The position numbers and the translations under genes were made by a program. This document shows, in pieces, positions 25,858 to 36,000 of a stretch of 64,000 nt of DNA. Numbering within the stretch: the stretch's first letter is position 1; every line of letters starts with the position of its first letter. A model generated the notes under the pieces. That model saw nothing but the letters and a program-made list of their open reading frames with translations. It had not been told where the DNA came from and did not search any database. This DNA is from Candidatus Parcubacteria bacterium (GTDB lineage: Bacteria; Patescibacteriota; Microgenomatia; UBA12405), in NCBI GenBank assembly GCA_023396915.1, contig JAEWUV010000006.1:21129-85128 (forward strand), written 5' to 3'.

Positions 25858-28138
25858 TTTTTTTCTTTTCGGCTGCGGCAACAATTTCTCGGGTAGCATC
25901 AATAGCATCAGGGCTAACAGAAACACTGGTAGCCCCCCACTTAACTAATTTTTCGACTAGTTCGGGATAATTACTAGGCGCTTGACCGCAGATAGAACAC
26001 ATAATCCCGCGTTTTTTGGATTTGGTGACCAAGCGTTTTAGCGACCAAAGTACTGCCGGGTCCATTTCATTAAAATTTTTGGCAACTTCACCGTTGTCAC
26101 GATCAAGGCCGAGGGTAAGCATGGTTAAGTCGTTACTACCAATGGAAATTCCGTCGATACCAACGTCAATAAATTTGTCTAATAAAATAACATTGCTGGG
26201 GATTTCGGTCATCATTAAAAATTTAAATGACGGTGAACGGAGAAGTCCGGCATCGGTTACAAGTTTTTTGACTTGGGTTAGTTCTTCGACGGTACGAACA
26301 AAGGGAATCATGAGCCAAATATTTTTGTAACCATATTTATTTCTAACCATTTTTATGGCTTCAAGTTCCATGTTAAAAACATCAGGTGAACTTATGTAGC
26401 GGGAGGCACCACGAAAACCTAGCATGGGGTTTGATTCTTCAGGTTCATATAGTTTTCCCCATTTGAGGTGGCGGTATTCTTTGGTTTTGAAATCGGTAGC
26501 TCGGTAGACTACAGGTCTAGGTGAAAAGCTTTTACAAAATTTAAGTAAGTCTTTGGTAAGTTGATTAATAAATTGTTTTTGTTGATTGTGAGCAATTATG
26601 TATTTGGGATGCATCCCAATATTGGCCATCATAAATTCAGCTCGAAGTAGACCAATGCCATCAACGTTTCTTTTGGCTATAGTTTCAGCCAGGTCTGGCT
26701 CGCCTAAATTAACATAGACTTTGGTGGCGGTTTTGATTAGTTTGTTAGTAGATTGGTTGTTTGATTTATCAGCGCTAATGGTTGAACCTTGGGTTAAATC
26801 TCCTTTCCAAATTTGACCAGTAGCGCCATTTAGGGTGACAATGTCCCCTTCCTTGAGATCTTTGGTGGCAGTTTTGGTACCAACAACACAAGGAACTCCA
26901 AGTTCCCGGCTGACAATAGCGGCGTGGGATGTTTGACCACCTTTGTTGGTAATAATGCCATTAACTTTTTTCATAGCGGGAACAAAGTCGGGGGTGGTCA
27001 TATCGGTAACTAATATTTGGCCTTTTTGGGCTCGGGTAATTTCTTTTGGGTTATTGATAATAACTACAACTCCGGATGAAATTCCTGGACTGGCTGGTTC
27101 ACCAGTTAAATCGGGAGTTTGAGTAATGTTTTGTTTTTGTTGCTGATTTTCAATTTTTTCTTTACTGGATTCAATAGTAGTAATTGGTCTGGTTTGAACT
27201 ATGTAAAGTTGTCCCCTGTCAATGGCAAATTCAACGTCTTGGGGACGGCCGTAATGATTGTGGAGTTTTTGACCAATTTTGGCAATTTTTATGGCCATTT
27301 TATCATCAATTTTTTTTCTATTTTGTTTACTTTTGGGTACTTTTGTTTCTCCGGTTTCGTCATTATCTCGGACTAATTGAATATTTTGAGAAACATGATT
27401 TTCAGAAGTTATTTTCCATTCGTTTTTGTCGATAACGTATTGATCGGGAGTAATTTTACCTTGGACGATATATTCGCCAAGTCCCCAAATAGTTTCGACA
27501 ATAATCTCTTTTTTGTCGCCGGTTACCGGATTGGCAGTAAACATAATTCCAGAAATTTCAGAGTTAATTAGTTTTTGAACAGGAACAGCAACTCCAATTT
27601 TAAAATGATCATAATGTTTTTTGACTTGGTAAAAGATGGATCTAGAAGTAAAAAGACTGGACCAACAGTCACGAACCCTATCTATAACATTAACTTCTCC
27701 TATTACATTTAAAAAAGTGTCTCCTTGTCCAGCAAAAGAGGCATCGGCCGAATCTTCGGCGGTGGCAGAAGTTCTGACAGCAACTGGGACATGTTTTAAG
27801 CCACCGAAACCAGAAAGTTTTTTATAAGCTTTCATAATTTCTGTTGATAAAGCTTGACTGACTGGGGTTTTTTGAATTAAGTTTCTGATTTTTTTTGAGG
27901 CATATTGGAGTTGATCTGGTTGGTCGACGTCGGTAGTTTTTAAAATGTCTTTAATTTTTGGTTTAAGGTTATTTTCTTCAATAAATTTGAAATAAGCGTT
28001 TGAAGTGACTACAAAGCCGTTGGGAACTGGAATACCAAGTTGGTACATCTCACCTAAATTCCCTCCTTTACCACCAACTAAATTGACGTCATCTAAATCA
28101 ATTTCATGAAACCAAAGAACATTGGCAGATTTGTTCAT
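25844..28138 (-). CDS. ppsA: phosphoenolpyruvate synthase (pyruvate, water dikinase)
   Basis: N-terminal ATP-grasp motif GGKGGNLGEM. Phosphohistidine motif GGQTSHAAIVSRELGVPCVVG. C-terminal PEP-utilising domain. A PPDK-type enzyme is not fully excluded. Confidence 0.8.
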   Translation of the reverse strand: MNKSANVLWFHEIDLDDVNLVGGKGGNLGEMYQLGIPVPNGFVVTSNAYFKFIEENNLKPKIKDILKTTDVDQPDQLQYASKKIRNLIQKTPVSQALSTEIMKAYKKLSGFGGLKHVPVAVRTSATAEDSADASFAGQGDTFLNVIGEVNVIDRVRDCWSSLFTSRSIFYQVKKHYDHFKIGVAVPVQKLINSEISGIMFTANPVTGDKKEIIVETIWGLGEYIVQGKITPDQYVIDKNEWKITSENHVSQNIQLVRDNDETGETKVPKSKQNRKKIDDKMAIKIAKIGQKLHNHYGRPQDVEFAIDRGQLYIVQTRPITTIESSKEKIENQQQKQNITQTPDLTGEPASPGISSGVVVIINNPKEITRAQKGQILVTDMTTPDFVPAMKKVNGIITNKGGQTSHAAIVSRELGVPCVVGTKTATKDLKEGDIVTLNGATGQIWKGDLTQGSTISADKSNNQSTNKLIKTATKVYVNLGEPDLAETIAKRNVDGIGLLRAEFMMANIGMHPKYIIAHNQQKQFINQLTKDLLKFCKSFSPRPVVYRATDFKTKEYRHLKWGKLYEPEESNPMLGFRGASRYISSPDVFNMELEAIKMVRNKYGYKNIWLMIPFVRTVEELTQVKKLVTDAGLLRSPSFKFLMMTEIPSNVILLDKFIDVGIDGISIGSNDLTMLTLGLDRDNGEVAKNFNEMDPAVLWSLKRLVTKSKKRGIMCSICGQAPSNYPELVEKLVKWGATSVSVSPDAIDATREIVAAAEKKKISKK

Positions 28139-28292
28139 ATAAAAAGAATAACAGAATTTAGGAGAATGTAAATTAGCAGAGTTATTGTTTAAGTGCTAAT
28201 AAAAACTATTTTTTATAAATTGCCTATTTTAAGGATAAATATTATATAATATCAAACAGATTCTTTTTATATAAGACTATATAAAAAGATAT

Positions 28293-28721
28293 TTATTGAT
28301 TAGGGTTCCAGCCTCGATTCTCTAATTTTCTCATTTCTTCTGTTTCATCGGGGCGCTTGTAATCATCTTGGTAGCGAAAGGTTTTGCCGGTTTCTGGAGT
28401 TGAAGCTTCTAAAATAACAGCGTTTTTGATTCCAATCATGCGGTGAACAACGCCAAGTGGGATGTTGTAACCTTTTTTAATTCCCATGTGGATGGTTTCT
28501 AGATGATCTATATCTGGTCCAATGACTAAGTCAGCTTCGCCTTCGATTAAAACAAAGGTTTCGATTTTCTCATCATGTGATTGAAGTGAGAGTCGAGCTC
28601 CGTCGTTAATTTTTATTTGTTTGAAAGTGTATTTAAGGTCTTCAGGGGTGTAGATAATTTCCTCTCCCCAAGGTTTTATGATTACTTTAGTGTCAGACAA
28701 GTTGTTTAGATTTAGGTTCAT
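28293..28721 (-). CDS. cupin-domain protein
   Basis: Cupin_2-like motifs (PWGEEIIY, LSLQSHDEKIETFVLIEGEA, H-containing second motif). Confidence 0.55.
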   Translation of the reverse strand: MNLNLNNLSDTKVIIKPWGEEIIYTPEDLKYTFKQIKINDGARLSLQSHDEKIETFVLIEGEADLVIGPDIDHLETIHMGIKKGYNIPLGVVHRMIGIKNAVILEASTPETGKTFRYQDDYKRPDETEEMRKLENRGWNPNQ

Positions 28722-28739
28722 AGGTCAGTTTAACACAAA

Positions 28740-29360
28740 CTATTTGAGGAGGTTAATAAAAATTCTTTCAAGAGCGATTTCTTTGGGAATGTTAAGTTGT
28801 CCATTTTTTGATTGGAAGTCTAATTCAATTGTTTGAAGATAAGCGTTTTTTAGTTTTTCGGTTGGGAATTTTGAGTAACCAGTTAGTTGTTTACGTAAAT
28901 TAAATTTTACCCAAAACATGAAGAGTTCAAATGGTTCTTGGTTTATTACTTGTCGGTAAAGGGTTAAAAATTTGGGTAAATTGTTAGGGTATAGACTGTT
29001 TAAACAGGCAAACAATTTTTTGTCTAGTGGAAACAACTCTACTTTGGCTGTGGGGAAATTTTTAAGTTGGGTTGGGGTGAGTTTTTTATCTTGCCAGATG
29101 ACAATGTCAAATGAATCATTAGATTTAATTATCTTAATAATTTTGTCTAAATTTGCTTTTGGGATTGAGAAGAAATTGGAAAAGACGATAATTTTTTGAG
29201 ATGAAAAAAGGGATTGTCCATTAATAAAGCCGTTAATCTTGTCTAAATTAATTTCTTTTGAATCTATCCGTAGAATATCGAAGTCTTTTTTTTGATTGAG
29301 AAATAAGTTTAGAGCACTACGGCTGGTAAATTGATTATCGCCATGGAAAATATAAACCAT
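28740..29360 (-). CDS. DNA polymerase III delta subunit N-terminal-domain-like protein
   Basis: The N-terminus (VYIFHGDNQF...SLFSSQKIIVF) resembles the HolA N-terminal pattern. At 206 aa it is short for HolA. Confidence 0.35.
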   Translation of the reverse strand: MVYIFHGDNQFTSRSALNLFLNQKKDFDILRIDSKEINLDKINGFINGQSLFSSQKIIVFSNFFSIPKANLDKIIKIIKSNDSFDIVIWQDKKLTPTQLKNFPTAKVELFPLDKKLFACLNSLYPNNLPKFLTLYRQVINQEPFELFMFWVKFNLRKQLTGYSKFPTEKLKNAYLQTIELDFQSKNGQLNIPKEIALERIFINLLK

Positions 29361-29538
29361 AGTTTATTTTATCAAAAACAAAACCCCTCTATCCCAATAA
29401 ATTGGGATATCTCCCCTTAAAAAGGGGAGAAGTCAAAAAACAAAAAATGATTAGACGTGGAAATTTACTGGATATATTGATAGAATATCAAGTACTTTTG
29501 GCTCCGTCCCGATGTGTCGGGACTCCGCCGATTAAATC

Positions 29539-29612
29539 GGCTCCGTCGTCTAGTGGCCTAGGACTCCTGGCTTTCATCCAGGCAATCGAGGGTTCGACTC
29601 CCTCCGGAGTCA
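29539..29612 (+). tRNA. tRNA-Glu(TTC)
   Basis: D-arm TCGTCTAGTGGCCTAGGAC, as in E. coli tRNA-Glu. Anticodon arm cctgg-CTTTCAT-ccagg. T-loop GGTTCGACTCC. Confidence 0.8.
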
Positions 29613-29618
29613 CAAAAT

Positions 29619-30212
29619 ATGAACAAAAGGATAATTTTAGCTTCGGGGTCGAAACAGAGAAAAATGATTATGGATTCGTTGGGGGTGAGTTATGAGGTTG
29701 TGGTAGCAAATGTTGATGAAAAATCTATTCGAGATAAAAATTTATCACTTCGAGCTAAGAAAATTGCCAAACTTAAGGGAGATAAAATTTTAGAAAATAA
29801 AAATGGTGGAATTGTAGTTGCGGCAGATACATTTGTAGAATGTAATGGAAAAGTATTGGAAAAACCGGTTGATTTGGAAGAAGCTAAAAAAATGCTAAAA
29901 ATGGAAAGTGGTAATAAAATGACGGTTTATACGGGTTTTTATTATATGGACATTAATAAAAAATTTAAGGTTTTAAAGACTTCTGTGAGTAAAGTTTGGT
30001 TTAGAGAATTGTCAGATAGTGAAATTAATAATTTTGTAAAAAATAATCCGGTTATGACCTGGGCAGGAGGTTTTTCATTGATGTTTTTGTATCAGTCAAG
30101 TTTTGTCAAAAAAATTAGCGGATCAATGACGGCTGTTTATGGTTTACCGACTGAATTTTTGGTTGAGTGTTTCCAAAGATCTGGGGTGGAGATAAAAGGA
30201 GAAGGAGAATAA
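29619..30212 (+). CDS. maf: Maf-like nucleoside triphosphate pyrophosphatase
   Basis: N-terminal ILASGSKQRKMIMDSLG and VVAADT motifs are characteristic of Maf. Confidence 0.8.
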   Translation: MNKRIILASGSKQRKMIMDSLGVSYEVVVANVDEKSIRDKNLSLRAKKIAKLKGDKILENKNGGIVVAADTFVECNGKVLEKPVDLEEAKKMLKMESGNKMTVYTGFYYMDINKKFKVLKTSVSKVWFRELSDSEINNFVKNNPVMTWAGGFSLMFLYQSSFVKKISGSMTAVYGLPTEFLVECFQRSGVEIKGEGE

Positions 30213-30220
30213 AATTGATT

Positions 30221-30886
30221 ATGAGTGTGAAGATTGAGGAAAGTTGGAAAAAAGTTTTGGAAAAAGAATTTGAAGAGGATTATTTTAAACAATTGGCGGA
30301 ATTTGTAAAACAAGAGTACAAAAACACAACAGTTTATCCCCCACCTCAATTTATATTTCATGCTTTTGATTTAACTCCGTTTGATAAGGTAAAAGTGGTG
30401 ATTTTGGGACAAGATCCATATCATGGTGAAAAACAGGCCAACGGTTTGGCCTTTTCGGTGAATGATAATGTAGCCATTCCTCCATCACTGGTAAATATTT
30501 ATAAAGAAATCGAAAGTGATATGGGGGTCAAGACAAAAAATAAAAATGGAAATTTAGAAAATTGGGCCAGGCAGGGAGTGTTGATGTTAAACGCAACTTT
30601 GACAGTTAGGGCTCATATGGCAGGGTCACATCAAAATAAGGGCTGGGAGAGGTTTACAGATACTGTGGTGAGGGTTTTATCGGAACAAAAAGAAAATTTG
30701 GTGTTCATTTTGTGGGGTGGCTATGCCCAAAAAAAAGGCAGTGTGATTGACGAGACTAAACATTTAGTGATTAAATCAGCCCATCCATCACCATTATCAG
30801 CTTATGCTGGGTTTTTTGGATCAAAACCATTTTCACAAACAAATAGCTATTTGATTTTTAGTGGACAAGAACCTATTGAATGGTAA
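30221..30886 (+). CDS. ung: uracil-DNA glycosylase (family 1)
   Basis: Motifs GQDPYH, water-activating region, LLLN, HPSPLS. The listed ORF starts at 30167, but the Met at 30221 fits UNG alignment. Confidence 0.85.
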   Translation: MSVKIEESWKKVLEKEFEEDYFKQLAEFVKQEYKNTTVYPPPQFIFHAFDLTPFDKVKVVILGQDPYHGEKQANGLAFSVNDNVAIPPSLVNIYKEIESDMGVKTKNKNGNLENWARQGVLMLNATLTVRAHMAGSHQNKGWERFTDTVVRVLSEQKENLVFILWGGYAQKKGSVIDETKHLVIKSAHPSPLSAYAGFFGSKPFSQTNSYLIFSGQEPIEW

Positions 30887-30887
30887 T

Positions 30888-31973
30888 TTATTTGTACTCT
30901 TTGGCTATTTCTTCATTATTAAGAACACGAAGGGCGCCGTCGCGGAGAGCTTCAAGTTCTTTTTCACCAGGGATGACTGTAACACCGATATTTACTTGTT
31001 TTAAGTATTGAGAGATTCTTTCGGTTAAGAGTTTCCATTGAGCAATTCCACCGGTGAGAACTATTTGATCAATTGGTTCTCCTTCAAAATCTGGAATGAT
31101 ATGGCAAATATAACGGGCAAAACCGGTAATCATTTCATCGACAATATCCTTGGTATTTTTATCTAAACTGTCATAATTTACATTTAGATAATAAACATCT
31201 TTGGTATTAAGAAGTGAAAATAATCCACCTCCACCAAGGACTTTGTGTAAAATTTCTTCTTTGGTAAATTTATTTGAAAAACATAATTCAACTAATTGTT
31301 GCGAAGGTAAATAACCAGACCTTTCTGGAGTGAATGGTCCTTCACCGGGAATGGCATTAATAACATTAATGGTACGGCCTTTTTTGTGAGCGCCAAAAGA
31401 GGAGCCACCACCAAAGTGAGCTACAATGAGATTTAAGTCTTCATATTTTTTACCAATAGATGTGGCATATTCACGAGCAATAGCTTTTTGATTAAGGGCG
31501 TGCCAACCGGCGTAACGTTTGATTTCAGCGATACCTGTTAGTTTCTTTTTCGGTTCAATTTCGTCAGTGGTAACAGGGTCAACTATAAAAGCTTTGTCGG
31601 TGATGTTGAATTTTTCGGCTACTTTTAGGGCTAATGGAGCGCCTAAATTGGAAGCATGATTGGCTACTGGACGGTGATAAAGGTCATCCATCATTTTGTC
31701 ATTAATAGGAAAAGTTCCTGATGGGGTTGGGGGTAACATGCCACCACGGCCGACAACTGCATCGAGCTGGGTTATTTGGTTTTTGGTTAAAAGTTCTTCG
31801 ACAGCTTTGTATCTGTCTTCAAGTTGGTCCAAAACACTTCCAGGACGACTAAATTTTTTTTGAAATTCAAGATCTCTAGCGTGATCAATTTTTTCTTCAA
31901 AAATAGCGTTTTTATCTTCGTATAAAGCTAATTTGGTAGTAGTTGAACCGGGATTAATGATGAGTATTTTCAT
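30888..31973 (-). CDS. buk: butyrate kinase-like ASKHA-family acyl kinase
   Basis: N-terminus MKILIINPGSTTTKLALY matches the butyrate kinase consensus. ~360 aa. No ptb gene adjacent. Confidence 0.7.
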   Translation of the reverse strand: MKILIINPGSTTTKLALYEDKNAIFEEKIDHARDLEFQKKFSRPGSVLDQLEDRYKAVEELLTKNQITQLDAVVGRGGMLPPTPSGTFPINDKMMDDLYHRPVANHASNLGAPLALKVAEKFNITDKAFIVDPVTTDEIEPKKKLTGIAEIKRYAGWHALNQKAIAREYATSIGKKYEDLNLIVAHFGGGSSFGAHKKGRTINVINAIPGEGPFTPERSGYLPSQQLVELCFSNKFTKEEILHKVLGGGGLFSLLNTKDVYYLNVNYDSLDKNTKDIVDEMITGFARYICHIIPDFEGEPIDQIVLTGGIAQWKLLTERISQYLKQVNIGVTVIPGEKELEALRDGALRVLNNEEIAKEYK

Positions 31974-32580
31974 ATTTAATAATAAAAATTCCGAATAATA
32001 TAAATAATAAACTTAGAATTTGGGCTAAAGATAGATACAATATTGGTATGGTGTCTATTCTAGCAAACTCTAATACAAATCGTATTATACCGTAGCTGAT
32101 TAAATAAATTCCAGTTTGATGGCTTTTAGTTTTGTGAAGCAATAAAAAAATAATAAACATAGGAATTGATTCGTATAACCAAACTGGTTGTCCATTTTTT
32201 GAATAGATTTCGTGATTAAAAAAATTACCAAAACGACCGATACTTTGGCAAAGAGGGATAGCGGGAGTGAGTGAATTTAAAATAGTTAGAATTTTTAGTT
32301 TGTTTTTTAAACAAAACGAAATTATAAAAATAATTCCACCAATAAGTCCGCCGTAAATTCCCAATCCCCCACCTCGAAGGTTAAGTATTTGAATTGGGTT
32401 TTGAGAAAAATAGTCCCAATCGGCAATAATGCCATAAATTCGAGCACCGATAAGGCCGGAGATTAAGGTAGAGAAAATAAAAACATTTTCCTGTTTTTTG
32501 GGGATAATTTGATTATGTTTAAAGAAGTACTGGATACCAATGACGAAAGCGATACCGAGAATTAAACCGTAGAGAGACAT
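31954..32580 (-). CDS. lgt: prolipoprotein diacylglyceryl transferase
   Basis: Lgt signature GRFGNFFNHEIYS and polytopic hydropathy. The start was moved to the internal Met (MSLYGL) because the longer ORF overlaps tRNA-Lys. Confidence 0.8.
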   Translation of the reverse strand: MSLYGLILGIAFVIGIQYFFKHNQIIPKKQENVFIFSTLISGLIGARIYGIIADWDYFSQNPIQILNLRGGGLGIYGGLIGGIIFIISFCLKNKLKILTILNSLTPAIPLCQSIGRFGNFFNHEIYSKNGQPVWLYESIPMFIIFLLLHKTKSHQTGIYLISYGIIRFVLEFARIDTIPILYLSLAQILSLLFILFGIFIIKYENTHH

Positions 32581-32582
32581 GG

Positions 32583-32655
32583 TGGGTCCAGCGGGACTCG
32601 AACCCGCGACCAATTGCTTAAAAGGCAACTGCTCTACCGACTGAGCTATAGACCC
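32583..32655 (-). tRNA. tRNA-Lys(TTT), CCA encoded
   Basis: Reverse complement GGGTCTATAGCTCAGTCGGTAGAGCA...gttgc-CTTTTAA-gcaat...GGTTCGAGTCC...TGGACCCACCA. Confidence 0.8.
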
Positions 32656-32661
32656 TGGTTA

Positions 32662-32973
32662 TTAAATACTCTTAACCTTTGGATCACGGAGATAGTAAAG
32701 TTTAGATCGGCGAATCTTAACTTTAGGTCCGCGGAGTTTTTTGATACTATCAATCCAAGGGGAATTAACGGGGAAAATTCTTTCGACATCAACAGCATCG
32801 CTGGCATGTTTTTGAACAACAAAATTTTTGTTTTCACCTTGACCAGTGATAGATAAAATAATACCGTCGAAAGCTTGCAATCTTTCTTTGTCTTTTTCTT
32901 TGATTTTATAATTAACTCTGACAGTGTCACCAACGAAAAATTCGTGGTCTTTGTGGGTTATTTTTAATGACAT
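32662..32973 (-). CDS. rplS: 50S ribosomal protein L19
   Basis: Conserved L19 motifs (GDTVRVNYKIKE, RRSKLYYLR). Confidence 0.85.
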   Translation of the reverse strand: MSLKITHKDHEFFVGDTVRVNYKIKEKDKERLQAFDGIILSITGQGENKNFVVQKHASDAVDVERIFPVNSPWIDSIKKLRGPKVKIRRSKLYYLRDPKVKSI

Positions 32974-33033
32974 ATTTTTATAAGAAAATTGTGTTGAAAT
33001 TATAGCACAATTGAACCTTGGTAGTTTACCAAG

Positions 33034-36000
33034 CTAAGATTGCTTTGACAAGAGGATGTCGTCAATTTGTTGCTGGAGTTTTTTGTTGTAGTTTACCCCG
33101 TAATTGAGAGGTAGATTTTTCCCATTTGGGAGGATAATTAAACCTTTGTGGCCATTAGGGTTGTTTTTGAGTAATGTATTTAATTGCATTAATTGACTTT
33201 GAGAGGCGCTTTGAGGAACGGTAATGACGAAGTCATATTTGTCGGTATTTTTCGGGGCTTTGTCGGTAAGATTGTCAATCAATATGGATAAATTCCCTTC
33301 TCTCATATTAGTTTTTCCCTCTATATAGACGGCCTTATTTTCTTTTAAGAGGTCGGCTATTTTTTCGTAGATTTTTGGGAAAACTACTGCTTCTATAGTT
33401 TCGGTTTCGTCTGTCAGAGTAACAAAAGCCATTTTAGCATTGCTTTTTTTGGTAAAAATATTTCTAACTTTTTGAATAACGGCAACTAGTTTGACTGGGG
33501 CACCGCTAGAGTATCCAAGGATTTCGTTTATTTTTGGAAGGTTCAGGGAATTAAATGGTTCTAAAATTTTGGTTAAAGGGTTTTCGGTAACAAAAACACC
33601 GATTAGGTCCTTTTCCATTATCAGACGATCATGTTCGGGCATTGGTTCTACTTCGAGAAATTTATCCGGAGGGGCGATAATTTTGCCTTTGTCTTCGTTG
33701 GGAGTATCAAACAAACCGAATTGTCCGCTGTTTTTTTTATCACTTAATTTCTCACAATCTGTTCTGATTTTATCCAGAGAGGCTAGAATTGCATTTCTTT
33801 CGCCAAATTGATCTAAGGCTCCAACTTTGATTAAACTTTCTAAAACGCGTTTGTTTACTTTTTGACTATCAACCCGAATACAAAAATCATTAAAGTTAAC
33901 AAATGGTCCGTTTTCGCGTTCTTTGAGGATATTTTCGATAGCGGCAATACCGACATTTTTAATAGCGCTTAAACCAAAACGGATAGACATTTTTTCCAAA
34001 GAATTAGGATTTTCTTCTATTTCAAAGCCACTATTAGATTTGTTTATGTCTGGGGGGGCAACAATAATTCCCATTTTTCGGCTTTCTTCAATTCCATTGG
34101 TTATTTTTTCGGTATCACCTGATTCGGCAGTAAGTAAGGCACACATATATTCAACCGGATAGTTGGCTTTCATATAGGCAGTGCGATAAGCTAACATGCC
34201 ATAAGAGGCGGCATGGGCTTTGTTAAATCCATAAGAGGTAAATGGTTCGATGAGTTTAAAAATTTCTTCTGCCTTTTTTTTGGTATAGCCGTTTTTGACA
34301 CAGCCGTTGATAAATTTTTCTTTTTGAGCAGCCATTTCTTCGGGGATTTTTTTACCGATAGCTTTTCTAAATTTATCGACTTCAGTCCAGTTGTAGCCGG
34401 CAAGTTCGATAGCAGTATATAAACAGTCATCTTGATAAACCAAAAGCCCATAGGAACTTTTGAGGAATTTTTCCATTTTTGGATCAAAATAGTCGATTTT
34501 TGAAGAATCATTCTTTCGGGCAATATATTCGGGAATAATTCCCATTGGTCCGGGTCGATAAAGGGCTACCATGGCCATTAAGTCTTCGATTCGATTAGGT
34601 TTAAGTTCTTTGAGCCATTTAGTCATGCCTTCGCCGGAAAGTTGGAATGTTCCCATGGTACTACCACGGGAAAGCATATCGAAAGTTTTTTGGTCATCAA
34701 GAGGAATTTTACGTAAATTTATTTCAATTTTTTTGCTTTTTCGGACATTAACCACTGCTTGTCCTAAGAAAGATAAATTGCGGATACCTAGAATATCGAA
34801 TTTAATTAATCCAACATCTTCGCAAGCATGCATTTCATATTGGGTAATGGTTTTATCACCACCGGTTTCTAACTGAGTCGGAGAGAAATCGTTGATGGTA
34901 GTTGGAGAAATAACGATAGCACAGGCGTGAACACTAATATGACGGGCACAACCTTCAATTTGTTTGGCAGAATCTATAATTTTTTTAGCATCTGGATCAC
35001 TGTTGTAGAGGCTTTTTAGTTCTGGGGTAATGCTTAAGGCTTTGTCGATGGACATGGGAAAACCTTGGGAACCTTCGGGAATAAGTTTACTTATTTTGTC
35101 TCCGGTTGAATATTCGTAGCCCAAAACTCTGGCAGTATCGCGAACGGCACCTTTGGCCATCATTCGACCAAAAGTACATATTTGAGCAACGGCGTCTTTG
35201 CCATATTGGTCGATAATATGATAAAGCATTCCTTGGCGTTTGTCGTCGGCGATATCAAGATCAATATCAGGAGGTGAGGGACGGTCTTTGTTTAAAAACC
35301 TTTCAAAGGGTAATTGATAAATTAGAGGGTCTACCGGGGTGATGCCTAAGACAAAGGCGACTAAACAGCCAGCGGCGGATCCTCTGGTGTTTGTTGGAGT
35401 ATCATTTTCTTCCGTCCATTGGATAAAGTCGCGCATGATTAAAAAGTAGGCGGCATAACCCTTACTACAAATAACGTCCATTTCATATTCGATTCGGTCG
35501 GTAATTTCTTGGTTTAGATTGTCACCATAATGCTCTTTGGCGGCTTGATAAACAGCATCGTGAAGAGTTTGTTCGGCGGTCTTGTCTTTTGGAAGTTTAA
35601 ATTTAGGGAAATACCATTTACCCAGTTCAATTTCTAAGTCACATTTGTCGGCAATTTTTTGGGTGTTTTCTAAAGCATCGGGATAGTCGATGAATTGCTG
35701 CTGCATTTCTTCAGGTGATTTGATGTAAAAATCGGGGATATCTAACATACTCATTCTTTTGGTGTCGTTGATAGTAGTTTGAGTATTAATCATAACCAAG
35801 ACATCTTGGGCAAAAGCATCTTCCTTTTTAATGTAATGAGCGTCGTTGGTGGCGATTAGAGGGACTCCGATTTCACGGCTTATTTTAACAATGCCTTCAT
35901 TGGCTGTTTCTTGACCTTCCAGTCCGGGGTGACGTTGGATTTCTAAGTAGTAATCATTTCCAAAAAGTTGTTGGAAATCTTGGGCTCGTTTTTTGGCTTG

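Noticed and set aside
29402-29695. 97-aa ORF on the plus strand
   Set aside because: It overlaps tRNA-Glu and the hairpin leader. The real gene starting here is maf at 29619.
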